Notes: generated by a model not told the origin, from the sequence alone. DNA of 32,000 nt from Candidatus Harpocratesius repetitus (GCA_021498095.1 JAIZWK010000001.1:3450001-3482000), one strand, 5' to 3'. Counted from the stretch's first letter, positions 1 to 11,064 are shown. Numbers and translations are program-made.

Positions 1-730
1 TCGAAAGAAGTGTTTTTCCAATTGAAGCATTACTAGAAAATTTAGCCCCAGCATCAGCTACTACTTTTCCTCCAGCACTGAAATTACTAGAAGCATGGAG
101 ATAACCGCTGACTAAAACATTTTCATTAATTGTAGCAGAACTACTAAACTTAGCATCTTCATCAACTTGAACTGAACCGCGGCAATTAAAGGAACTTGAA
201 GCTTTTAATCCGCCGCCAATAACGCAATCTCCTTCAATATGAGCCGAACTACTAAATTTAGCATCTCCATCTGAAGTAAGTAATCCTCCTGTTAAGAAGG
301 TGGAGCTGACATGAAGTTCTCCAACAATTACTTCTTCACCGATTTTTGCGGAACTGGAGAAATGCGCTTCTTCTTCAACTGACAATCGCCCTTTGCACTG
401 AAAAGAGCTTGAAGATTTTAAATTTTCTCCAACAATCACATTTCCACCAACTTTTACACTGGATGAAAATTTGGCATCTTCTTCACTTTGAACTGTTCCA
501 TCAACTTTAAAAGAACCAGAAGAAGAAATACCTTCTAATGCAATCAGATTCCCACCGATATGCACACTTCCACTGGCTTTAAAGAAATGACATTCGATAT
601 CACCATCTGAACGGCAGCTGCCGCTCACTTTAATATCCCTATTATATCGTCCAGGAGGGATATTAACACCTCCACTAATTTTCATAGGAGGCTCTTTTTG
701 ATTTAATTCTTCATTATATTCATCATGCAT
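1..730 (-). CDS. Polymer-forming cytoskeletal (bactofilin/CcmA-like) beta-solenoid repeat protein, 3' end truncated by window edge; not in supplied ORF track
   Basis: Manual translation from ATG at 730: MHDEYNEELNQKEPPMKISGGVNIPPG...; open for 243 codons to the window edge. ~36-aa repeats of the form (E/G)DAKFSSSAxIxxxVxVxxxLxASSSFxxxGxVxxD; G-x-V/I pattern typical of bactofilin-like beta-helices. Confidence 0.7.
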   Translation of the reverse strand, partial: MHDEYNEELNQKEPPMKISGGVNIPPGRYNRDIKVSGSCRSDGDIECHFFKASGSVHIGGNLIALEGISSSGSFKVDGTVQSEEDAKFSSSVKVGGNVIVGENLKSSSSFQCKGRLSVEEEAHFSSSAKIGEEVIVGELHVSSTFLTGGLLTSDGDAKFSSSAHIEGDCVIGGGLKASSSFNCRGSVQVDEDAKFSSSATINENVLVSGYLHASSNFSAGGKVVADAGAKFSSNASIGKTLLS

Positions 731-735
731 GATTA

Positions 736-1809
736 TCACATCCGATCAATTAACCGATGAAATGTTTCAATCACTTCTTCGGGTTTACTTTTGTATTTAA
801 AAACATCTGATTCTAGTTTTCCATCAATTCCTTCTGCTACAAGTTCATATATTAAATTTTCTGCGTCTTCTGGAGTCTGTTTAAGTGCTTGAGCCAATTT
901 ATCAATGGGAATACCATTTTGAATTCGAATTAATCCTGTAATACGTTTTTTCAAGCGTTCTTTTTCTTGAATTGAAAGTCTTCCACCAGAATAGGATTTT
1001 TCAGCGGAAGAACGAATAGGTTGCGTGGAGGATGATATGTTAGCATTAAAATTAGAAGACTTTGAATTACGGCTCGGAATACCTGATTCAGAATTTGTAG
1101 ATGAAGGGGAAAATGGATATGAATTTTGAATTTGGGTTTCAACAAATTTTGACATTTTTTTCCCAAATTTGCCTATTTTTTTACCCACTGTTCCCAAATC
1201 TTTATCTAATCCTTCTAAAGATTTCATACCTTGTTTAAATTCTTCCATGGCATCTCGTATCATTTCAGAAACAGAGATTCCTAATTCATCAGCTAATTGC
1301 TTCCAATCATCTTTCATATTTTCTGGAAGAGTGAAATTTATACGAACTTTTTTATTTCTTTCTCTTTCTTGTTGCGTGCGGGCTTTGATTTGGGCAATAT
1401 TTAATCGAGTAGTTGTTTTTTCTACTGCAATCTTCAATTTTCCCATCATTGAGGCCATTTTATCTAATTTATTATCCAATTTTTTTCTAGCATTTTCAGC
1501 AATTGAACGAGCTCGTAAGGCTTCTTTCTGGATGGCAGGATCTTGAGTTGCCGTAGCTTTATCATATAGATTAGCTGCAATAGCGGCTTTATCTAAAAAC
1601 TTAGCAAGAAATTCACGAACTTCATCTTGAAATTCAATAGTTTCTTCATGAAGGTCCATGGCATCAACTAATTTATCTATTACATCTTCAGCAGCATCAG
1701 GTGCGATTTTTTCTATTTCTTTTGAATCTTCTTTAATAGAGTATAATAAGTCTTCTAACTGAGCAAGTTCTGCTGAAAATTGTTCAAACAAGGATTCTTC
1801 TTCAAACAT
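736..1809 (-). CDS. Coiled-coil + ribbon-helix-helix (CopG-like) + C-terminal winged-helix/PCI-like protein
   Basis: RHH-like segment KVRINFTLPENMKDDWKQLADELGISVSEMIRDAMEEF; helical N-terminus; S/P-rich linker; C-terminal IPIDKLAQALKQTPEDAENLIYELVAEGIDGKL resembling wH/PCI; stop 5 bp upstream of the next ATG. Confidence 0.65.
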   Translation of the reverse strand: MFEEESLFEQFSAELAQLEDLLYSIKEDSKEIEKIAPDAAEDVIDKLVDAMDLHEETIEFQDEVREFLAKFLDKAAIAANLYDKATATQDPAIQKEALRARSIAENARKKLDNKLDKMASMMGKLKIAVEKTTTRLNIAQIKARTQQERERNKKVRINFTLPENMKDDWKQLADELGISVSEMIRDAMEEFKQGMKSLEGLDKDLGTVGKKIGKFGKKMSKFVETQIQNSYPFSPSSTNSESGIPSRNSKSSNFNANISSSTQPIRSSAEKSYSGGRLSIQEKERLKKRITGLIRIQNGIPIDKLAQALKQTPEDAENLIYELVAEGIDGKLESDVFKYKSKPEEVIETFHRLIDRM

Positions 1810-2463
1810 AAGACATCACAAATGGTTTTATTAGGGGAAATAGAAAATGCGATTATTTTAGAAGTGTTATGATAGGAATATTTCATTGGAAATTTGGTAA
1901 TAATTATTTGAGATTTTACCTGTAAAGGATCAGTATGTAATTAATTAAAGTATTAATAACTCAAATCTGTTTGAAAACAATCGTGTCCATAATAGTATTT
2001 TTCATTGGGATACTTCTTTATTTTTTTAAACATAATAATCACATTTTCAGTGTGTATTAATTAATATATAGTGTGTATCAATATTTAAATCTTTGGTAGT
2101 ATGTATTTTATGGTGATGTTTTTGTCGGGTATTTTTTGATTTTTCTACAATAACTGAATTTCTCGATGTGTATCGATTTGATGTAAATAAAAAGATCTAA
2201 ACTTTGCATTGAATTACGTTAATTTTAGACAGAATTTTCAATATTAATTGCTAATTGATTATCAGAATTAGCCAGGATTGACCGATTAACCAATATCTTC
2301 ACCCAAGCAATTCCAAATCAGTGCAAAATTATACATAAGGACCTTTGAGTAATGTTGGATTATAAGTGGTTCAAAAGTGGTCTTTCATATCTTCTGAAAA
2401 GTATACAAAAGCAGTCTTCCATAGAAGGATAAATTTAATAATTTGAAATCTAATATTCTTGTG

Positions 2464-3741
2464 ATGGAAAAAGAAACTGCATTTAAATATATTATATTAG
2501 AATTCCAAAATCAAAAACTTCCCAGAATATATAAAAGAGATTATGATCTTCCAACTACAGATAAAATAATAACAATTATTGGTATTCGGCGTTCAGGAAA
2601 AACCTTTTTCCTTTACCAACAAATAAAAAAATTACTTGATCAAGGAATATCTAAAGATAGAATCGTTTATATCAATTTTGAAGACGATAGATTATTTCCA
2701 ATTAAAATAGACGATATGAACTCATTTTTAGAGGCTTATTTTAAACTTTATCCCGAAAATAAGAATATAAAGAAATATTTCTTTTTTGATGAAATACAAG
2801 TTGTTCCTCATTGGGAGTTATTTATACGAAGATTATATGATAAAGAAAAAGTAAATATTTTCATAACAGGATCTACTTCAAAGATTTCATTAAAAGAAAT
2901 TTCAACAGAACTTCGCGGTAGAACAATCCCTATTACATTCTATCCTTTAAATTTTAAAGAATTTCTTCATTTTCATAATGTAATTCTAAAAAATAATTTA
3001 AAATATAACGATCAGAGATATCAAGTTAAAAAACACTTTGAAGAATATCTTTTTGAAGGGGGGTTTCCAGAAGTTGTTCTTTCAAACGAATTAAAATCAG
3101 AAATATTGCACACATATTATGAAATGATAGTGTATAGAGACATAGTTGAGCAATATTCAATCAGAAACACTTTAGCACTAAAATACTTAATTAAGTACCT
3201 CCTAACCAATATTGGGAATATCTTTAGTATAAATAAATATTATAATATTTTACATCAACAAATAAAAATCAGCAAGGAAACCTTAATTGAATATACAAAT
3301 TATCTAATTGAAACAAATTTCATCTTTTTATTACGTTTTTTCAGTTATTCTATAAAACAACAGCAAGTAAATTCGCCCAAAGTGTACTGTATTGATAATG
3401 GTTTGCGTAATAACATTGCATTCACTTTTTCAAATGATGAAGGAAGATTGGCGGAAAATTTAGTTTTTCTTTATCTTTCTAAAAAATACAGAGATATTTT
3501 CTATTGGAAAGGGAAAAATGAAGTTGATTTTGTTGTTTTATTACCTGAAAATAAGATTATGCTAATAAATGTCTTTTATTCAGATGAAGAATTTGCTGAG
3601 CGGGAATTTAAAGGTTTTGAAGAATTTATAAAGAAATTTCCAGAAAAAAAATGTAAAACCCTGATCATAACAAAGAATCAAACAGGTTACAAAAATCAAG
3701 TTAAATTTAAACCATTATGGGAATGGGTGCTTGAAATTTAA
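2464..3741 (+). CDS. AAA+ superfamily ATPase, COG1373 type (AAA_14 + DUF4143)
   Basis: Walker A GIRRSGKT, Walker B FFFDEIQ, ITGST, LRGR, GGFPEV, KVYCIDNGL, ENLVF, EVDFV; ATG at 2464 preferred over the TTG start at 2443. Confidence 0.9.
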   Translation: MEKETAFKYIILEFQNQKLPRIYKRDYDLPTTDKIITIIGIRRSGKTFFLYQQIKKLLDQGISKDRIVYINFEDDRLFPIKIDDMNSFLEAYFKLYPENKNIKKYFFFDEIQVVPHWELFIRRLYDKEKVNIFITGSTSKISLKEISTELRGRTIPITFYPLNFKEFLHFHNVILKNNLKYNDQRYQVKKHFEEYLFEGGFPEVVLSNELKSEILHTYYEMIVYRDIVEQYSIRNTLALKYLIKYLLTNIGNIFSINKYYNILHQQIKISKETLIEYTNYLIETNFIFLLRFFSYSIKQQQVNSPKVYCIDNGLRNNIAFTFSNDEGRLAENLVFLYLSKKYRDIFYWKGKNEVDFVVLLPENKIMLINVFYSDEEFAEREFKGFEEFIKKFPEKKCKTLIITKNQTGYKNQVKFKPLWEWVLEI

Positions 3742-3806
3742 AAAAAAAAATAATATAATATTTATGATAAAGTTTTTAGTCGAAAATTTAGTGCAACAAC
3801 TTAATT

Positions 3807-6800
3807 TCATTTCAACTCCTTTGATCTACGGTTAACTTTAAGAGCCACAACCAAAAGACCAAAGCTTAAAAGCCAGTAAGTGGTATATCCTGGAATAAAA
3901 TCAGGAAGCTCAAATGGATTATAATCCGATTTAATATGTATTGCTTTTGATAATATCGCTTCTCCTTGATCATATCCATCAAAAGCAATAACTTTCACCA
4001 AATATTCACCTTCAGGAATATTGGTGGTGTTCCATTTATATACTTCTACACTCAGACCTTGCACAATTGATATCCAATTTTGCCCATTATCTGGACTATA
4101 ATAAAGATCGTATGTCAAAGGATCATTGTCTACATCTGTTCCATGCCACGATATTGTAAATTCTCCAGAGATTTCTTCTCCTCCGACAGGATAAATAAGT
4201 TCCACAACGGGAGGATCATTTAAGTTAACTTCCCAGCGAAATTGAGCAGAACTCCAACTTCCATGAATATTTTGGGCATATACTGTTAATATATAAACAC
4301 CTTCTATTCCTGGAATTGGTAATAAAGTGGTTGTATTTTCTTCCCCATTCCAGCTATAAAGAACTATAACAGGATCTTCTGAGAAAACAATTACAACATT
4401 TGTTTCATCTTTTAAAATACTATTATTTTCGGGTGAAACAAGGTTAATTTCGATTAATGGATTAGATATAAAGAAAGTGAAACTTTGCTGTAGTTTATTA
4501 CCTAAGTTATCCACTAGAAAAACATTCAAAGTATGAACACCATCTAAAATTGGCGTTATAGGCATTTCAGATAAGGAAACAGTTTGATTTTCACCACCAT
4601 CCCAATTATATACATAAGTACCGTCTGTACCTAAAATTGTCATGTTAATTTGCATATTACTCCTTAATATTGATCCTTCAGTAGGAGAATTTAATATTAA
4701 TATCAAAGGATCATCTGTAACGAAATAATACCGTGTATGATTCCTATTAGGTACGAAATCTTCTACATATACATCAAGATAGTGAATTCCATCTCCAATC
4801 GGTAGATATGGATTAGTTGTAAAATTTTCTCTTCCATCCCAAGCATAAGAAATATATTGAACTGGTTCAGAAAAGGTAATATTTATGAAATACCCACTTT
4901 CATGAGTAGAGTTGTTTTCAGGATCAACCAAAATGATGTTGGGGGCAAAATCATCCACAATAAATGAAAACTGCTCATGATTCCAATTTCCCATGGAAGA
5001 ATTTGTCCAAATATCCAAAATATGTAAACCTTGCGTTGAAGGTAATGGTGGCAAAGTGGTTGAATTTGGTGATCCATCCCATGAAAAGAATAAATCACTA
5101 GGTGTATCACTAAATTCAATAACAATTTCTGTCCCACTATTAATGTAACTGTTATTCTCAGGGGACATAAGATATATTAAAACAACAGAATCATCAACAA
5201 TGAACGTGTATCGAGTATGATACCAATTTCCAATAGAATCACATGTATAAATATCAAGATAATGTAAACCATCTCCAATCGGAACATATTGCAAGATTGT
5301 TGTATTCAAACCACCATCCCATGCATAAAATACAAGTTGGGGTGGTTCTGAAAATTCAAACTCTAACAATATTCCGCTTGAAATTCTGCTGTTGTTTTCT
5401 ATATTATAAGGCCCAACAAGAATTGGATATACAGGTGTGTTATCAATACCGATGTTAAATCTAATTTCAGTCATTCTGTGGTGAATATCATAGCTCTGGA
5501 TTGATAAAGTATATTGACCATCAACATAATCTTCAGTGTTTAAATCTACTAAATTACTAATGTTTCCATTTAACCAAAAATTATCGCTATCAACTTCTTC
5601 AAAATAAATTTGTGAATCATTAAGAAATACCGTAACATAATCAATTCCTCGATTATCTTCTGTAGAAATATTAATTTGTAAATTCTCATGATATATTGAA
5701 TTATTTGTTATACCTAAAACAACTAAAGAAGGATTCTCCAAATCAGCGGGAAAATTTAATGGATCAGTTGGATCACCACCCCACCTAACTTCTTCTCCAT
5801 CTCCATATCCATCTCCATCACTATCAGGATTGTTTGGATCTGTGAGATATACTTGTGTTTCAACATCATCACTGAGTCCATCGAAATCCATATCATCTCC
5901 GACTAATTTTGAAGTTGCATCCAATTGAATTTCACCAAATTGGGCATTTTGATTGTGTATTATAGAATTTTCGAAAGCTTTCAAAATTTTAACAAAGATA
6001 AAAATAAAAGTGACATCTGATTGATAAAGAATGATTTCATCCGCAGTGTTATTATATTCAGTTGATCCGGATGGTTCTTTGGTTATTGTTGCATCAGTAG
6101 ATTGAAAAGTAACTTTAGGAGCCGCAGTCTGCCAATTTACTCGATAGATGTAGGTAGAACCTTGAAGATTACAAGAATTAAGCACGACTGAAACATTTTC
6201 AATAAAACGTGAAGAACCGTTCACAAGTAAATTCTCTGCATATAAAGAACTTTCTGAATAAGACATTTCATCTGAAGAAACATATAAATCTTTACAGGAA
6301 CTGTTAAATATACTTAGAGTTGCGGATGAATAAATACTTAAGGTGTTAATTATGATCATATTTTGCAAATTCTGGGGGATAGGGGATGAAACATGACAAT
6401 TATATACGGTTACATCATGAATATTAAAAGTTCTTCGAGAATAAAGGTTTAAACCATCCCCGCGGGAATATTCTAAATTTCCAGAGCTCCACTCATATAG
6501 AGTTAAATAACCAAAAGAAACATTAAAGAAAGTGAAGGTAGAATAATCGTTAAAATTAATATTATCATAAAAACTTGAATCGCTCACTTGTACACTAGCT
6601 CCATCGTAAAAATTATGATCATTCCACCCGATGGAATGTACATGCGAAATAATTAGAGTGCTGTTGTCATTACCGGTAATACTGTCTCCATGTGAAATCG
6701 CATTGAGGGTAACGGTTGAAAATTCGTTCAAGAATAATCGATTAAAAGATCCTTCATTTTGCATCAACAAAGTAGCTTCTCCATATATTTCAATATCTCC

Positions 6801-9205
6801 TGTCACAGTTACATTTGTGAGCGTAACCTGTGCTTGGTCAAAAATATAGATGTTTGAATAAACTTGAGATTCAAGAGAAATTATATCTGCACCACCAATA
6901 AAATAATTTCCATTGATCAGTTGGGTACCACCTTCTTGAATATTTCCTGTACCATCAACATCATTATAAACATCATAAGATGAAACAATTAATGTCACAG
7001 AAGAATATGAAGAGAGTTCCAGAATCTTAACATGCATAAAAATTAAAGTCACACTTGAACCAACAATTTTCAATTCATCTGCAGTGTTATTGTATTCAGT
7101 TGATCCGGATGGCTCTTTGGTGATGGTTGCATCAGTAGATTGAAAAGTAACTTTAGGAGCCGCAGTCTGCCAATTTACTCGATAGATGTAGGTAGAACCT
7201 TGAAGATTACAAGAATTAAGCACGACTGAAACATTTTCAATAAAACGTGAAGAACCGTTCACAAGTAAATTCTCTGCATATAAAGAACTTTCTGAATAAG
7301 ACATTTCATCTGAAGAAACATATAAATCTTTACAGGAACTGTTAAATATACTTAGAGTTGCGGATGAATAAATACTTAAGGTGTTAATTATGATCATATT
7401 TTGCAAATTCTGGGGGATAGGGGATGAAACATGACAATTATATACGGTTACATCATGAATATTAAAAGTTCTTCGAGAATAAAGGTTTAAACCATCCCCG
7501 CGGGAATATTCTAAATTTCCAGAGCTCCACTCATATAGAGTTAAATAACCAAAAGAAACATTAAAGAAAGTGAAGGTAGAATAATCGTTAAAATTAATAT
7601 TATCATAAAAACTTGAATCGCTCACTTGTACACTAGCTCCATCGTAAAAATTATGATCATTCCACCCGATGGAATGTACATGCGAAATAATTAGAGTGCT
7701 GTTGTCATTACCGGTAATACTGTCTCCATGTGAAATCGCATTGAGGGTAACGTTGAAAATTCGTTCAAGAATAATCGATTAAAAGATCCTTCATTTTGCA
7801 TCAACAAAGTAGCTTCTCCATATATTTCAATATCTCCTGTCACAGTTACATTTGTGAGCGTAACCTGTGCTTGGTCAAAAATATAGATGTTTGAATAAAC
7901 TTGAGATTCAAGAGAAATTATATCTGCACCACCAATAAAATAATTTCCATTGATCAGTTGGGTACCACCTTCTTGAATATTTCCTGTACCATCAATATTA
8001 TTATAAACATCATAAGATGAAACAATTAATGTCACAGAAGAATATGAAGAGAGTTCCAGAATCTTAACATGCATAAAAATTAAAGTCACACTTGAACCAA
8101 CAATTTTCAATTCATCTGCAGTGTTATTATAGCTGTTTGATCCAGATGGTTCTTTGGTTATTGTTGCATCAGTAGATTGAAAAGTAACTTTAGGAGCCGC
8201 AGTCTGCCAATTTACTCGATAAATATAGGTAGAACCTTGAAGATTACAAGAATTAAGCACGACTGAAACATTTTCAATAAAACGTGAAGAACCGTTCACA
8301 AGTAAATTCTCTGCATATAAAGAACTTTCTGAATAAGACATATCATCTGAAGAAACATATAAATCTTTACAGGAACTGTTAAATATACTTAGAGTTGCGG
8401 ATGAATAAATACTTAAGGTGTTAATTATGATCATATTTTGCAAATTCTGGGGGATAGGGGATGAAACATGACAATTATATACGGTTACATCATGAATATT
8501 AAAAGTTCTTCGAGAATAAAGGTTTAAACCATCCCCGCGGGAATATTCTAAATTTCCAGAGCTCCACTCATATAGAGTTAAATAACCAAAAGAAACATTA
8601 AAGAAAGTGAAGGTAGAATAATCGTTAAAATTAATATTATCATAAAAACTTGAATCGCTCACTTGTACACTAGCTCCATCGTAAAAATTATGATCATTCC
8701 ACCCGATGGAATGTACATGCGAAATAATTAGAGTGCTGTTGTCATTACCGGTAATACTGTCTCCATGTGAAATCGCATTGAGGGTAACGGTTGAAAATTC
8801 GTTCAAGAATAATCGATTAAAAGATCCTTCATTTTGCATCAACAAAGTAGCTTCTCCATATATTTCAATATCTCCTGTCACAGTTACATTTGTGAGCGTA
8901 ACCTGTGCTTGGTCAAAAATATAGATGTTTGAGTATGATGCATCAGAAATATCTACAATATCATCATTACTGATGAATAGATCGCCATCCATACTTCTAA
9001 TATCTTGATAATTTATTTTATCAATATTTTCTTGAGAAATATTATTTTCAATCCCACTTTTTGTATGTTCATTATTTTCATTATAATCTTTGAAATCGAC
9101 CGATGGAATATTTCCCTGCTGAATTATCCCAATAATGAAAATCCCTATTACAACGGAAATAAAAATATACCTAAACAATTTTTTTTTTATCATTTGAAAT
9201 CTCAT
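3807..9205 (-). CDS. Large secreted, membrane-anchored surface glycoprotein (~1,799 aa if repaired): beta-helix repeats, TSP3-like Ca-binding motif, Ig-like repeats, Loki-CTERM-like tail; frameshifted at 7752
   Basis: ORFs 7691-9205 and 3807-7625 join if one G is restored at 7752 (GTAACGTTG vs GTAACGGTTG in the two sister repeats); 5399+1 bp = 1800 codons. N-terminal hydrophobic signal, DMDFDGLSD..TDPNNPDSDGDGYGDGEE, five ~80-aa PENNS..WDG..DGxH repeats, IPGY+TM+RRSKELK end. Confidence 0.85.
6042..8932. repeat. Intragenic tandem repeat, unit 1,038 bp (346 aa), ~2.8 copies, nearly identical
   Basis: The anchor ATGGAATGTACATGCG occurs at 6631, 7669 and 8706 (spacing 1038 and 1037). Confidence 0.95.
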
Positions 9206-9619
9206 CTTTAAAGAAAATGTTATATTTGTTGTCTTAAATCATAAAATGTGATTTAATGCTTAACATTGATTATTTTTCTATTTAAACATTATTGATTGTG
9301 AGTTTTCTAAGATGTTTGAATTAATACGATTATGATTTCATATTTATTTCAAATAGTGTAATATTATTTACATTTTTTTCATCAAGAAAATAACTTTTCA
9401 ATTTTTCTTCTAATTTAATCAAGTAGAAGTTCAATTTTTCATTTAATTATAACTTTTGAGAATGAAATGAAATTATTGAAGAACATTAGTATTAATAGAA
9501 TAAATCGAAGTAAGATTTTTCTAAAATCAATAAAAATCGGATCGTTTTAATAACAAGCCAAAATATTGAATCTTTTTATCACATGATGTAATTTTATTTA
9601 CTACCTTGCACATTAATCC

Positions 9620-11017
9620 ATGACTTTTATGGCTCTTTACGACGCTGATCTACATCTTCATTCCCCTTATTCTATTGCAGTCTCCAAGAATATTTCATTG
9701 GAAACGTTAAATAAAACGGCTGAAATAAAAGGAATTGATATTTTAGGAACGGGAGATATCACGCAACCCAATTGGCGCAACTACATGCGCGAGAACTTGA
9801 AAAAATCAGATGGATCATGGAAATTTAAGAAGACTTCATTCATTCTTCAAACAGAATTAGAAGATAATGAATCAATTCATCAATTAATTTTGTTGCCGGA
9901 TTTCTCGTCTGTGGATGCATTGGTTGAAAAGATTAGACCATATGTAAAGAATATTGATGGAAGATGGTCAGGTCGACCGCATGTACACCGAACACCAGAA
10001 GAATTGGTTGAAATTGTTTCAGATGTAAACGGTCTAATTGGTCCTGCTCATGCTTTCACACCATTTAAATCGATTTTTCGACAAGGAAAATTTAATTTAT
10101 TACGAGAAGCTTATGGAACAGCTGTGAAAAAGTTAGCATTTTTAGAATTAGGTTTATCTGCTGACTCATACCTCGCCGATAGAATGGAAGAACTTCAAAA
10201 TATTACATTCCTCAGCAACAGTGATGCGCATTCTGAAGGACTAGATGCAGTAGGCAGAGAATTTAATAGATTTTTCATTGAAGAACCTACATTTAATGAA
10301 ATAGAAAAAGCACTTTTCCGAAAAGGAAATCGTAAAGTAAATTTAAATTTGGGTTTGGATCCTCGCTTAGGAAAATATTATCAGATGTTTTGCTCAAAAT
10401 GTCGTAGAAGAGTTTTAAGATCAATTCAGATTAAAAATCAAAACAAAGAAATGTCAGAGAAGAAAAAAGCAGTTTCAAATTATTTGAATATTTTTGGATT
10501 TCCTTTGAAATCTTGGGATGATACATTCTTATATTACGAATTTCCAACTAAACAAAGAGAACAACAATTTCTAAAGTTAGTAGCAAAGAAAAAAATTGAA
10601 TGTGAGGCTTGTCGAAAAACAATTTGCAATGACCCAAAACACAAGAAAAATAGTAAGATCCCACATCTTCAACTGGGAGTTAGTGAGCGTATCAATGATC
10701 TCGCAACTTGGGACAAACCTCATCACCCCAAACATCGACCTCCCTATCTTCGGATGATTCCCTTAATTGAAATACTTGCGAAAATTTTCAAAATTAAAAC
10801 ACTTAAATCAAAAACCCTCCTTCAACATTATCAAAATCTCATTTCTGAATACGGAAATGAATTTTATATAATTATTGATTTAGATTTAGAAAGTGCTAAA
10901 AAAAAGTTCAAAGCAAGCCCTTATGAGAAAGTATTCAGAACGATTCAAGCATTTAGAAATGATGAAATCACCATCACTCCAGGGGGAGGGGGGAAATTCG
11001 GGGAAATTAGTTTATAA
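9620..11017 (+). CDS. endoQ: Endonuclease Q family (PHP-domain, TIGR00375-like) DNA repair endonuclease
   Basis: DLHLHSPYS, GTGD, PAHAFTP, ELGLSAD, SNSDAHS, GREFN, LGKYY-CxxC...CxxC, LGVSERI, RPPY..IPL, PGGGGKFG. Confidence 0.85.
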   Translation: MTFMALYDADLHLHSPYSIAVSKNISLETLNKTAEIKGIDILGTGDITQPNWRNYMRENLKKSDGSWKFKKTSFILQTELEDNESIHQLILLPDFSSVDALVEKIRPYVKNIDGRWSGRPHVHRTPEELVEIVSDVNGLIGPAHAFTPFKSIFRQGKFNLLREAYGTAVKKLAFLELGLSADSYLADRMEELQNITFLSNSDAHSEGLDAVGREFNRFFIEEPTFNEIEKALFRKGNRKVNLNLGLDPRLGKYYQMFCSKCRRRVLRSIQIKNQNKEMSEKKKAVSNYLNIFGFPLKSWDDTFLYYEFPTKQREQQFLKLVAKKKIECEACRKTICNDPKHKKNSKIPHLQLGVSERINDLATWDKPHHPKHRPPYLRMIPLIEILAKIFKIKTLKSKTLLQHYQNLISEYGNEFYIIIDLDLESAKKKFKASPYEKVFRTIQAFRNDEITITPGGGGKFGEISL

Positions 11018-11064
11018 ATTATGAATAATAAAACTAATCAACACTAAGAATCAAAGGATTATTT

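Noticed and set aside
951-1546. Short ORFs 951-1166 (-) and 1169-1546 (+)
   Set aside because: Alternative or antisense frames inside a well-formed 357-aa gene; no motifs
2464-3741. COG1373 ATPase as a mobile element or defence system
   Set aside because: Common stand-alone family; no adjacent nuclease, toxin, integrase or terminal repeats
6631-8924. Identical 72-aa plus-strand ORFs at 6631 and 8706
   Set aside because: Antisense shadows of the tandem repeat; the identity simply reflects the repeat
6042-8932. Repeats as a diversity-generating retroelement TR/VR pair
   Set aside because: No reverse transcriptase in the window; differences are few, largely synonymous and not adenine-specific
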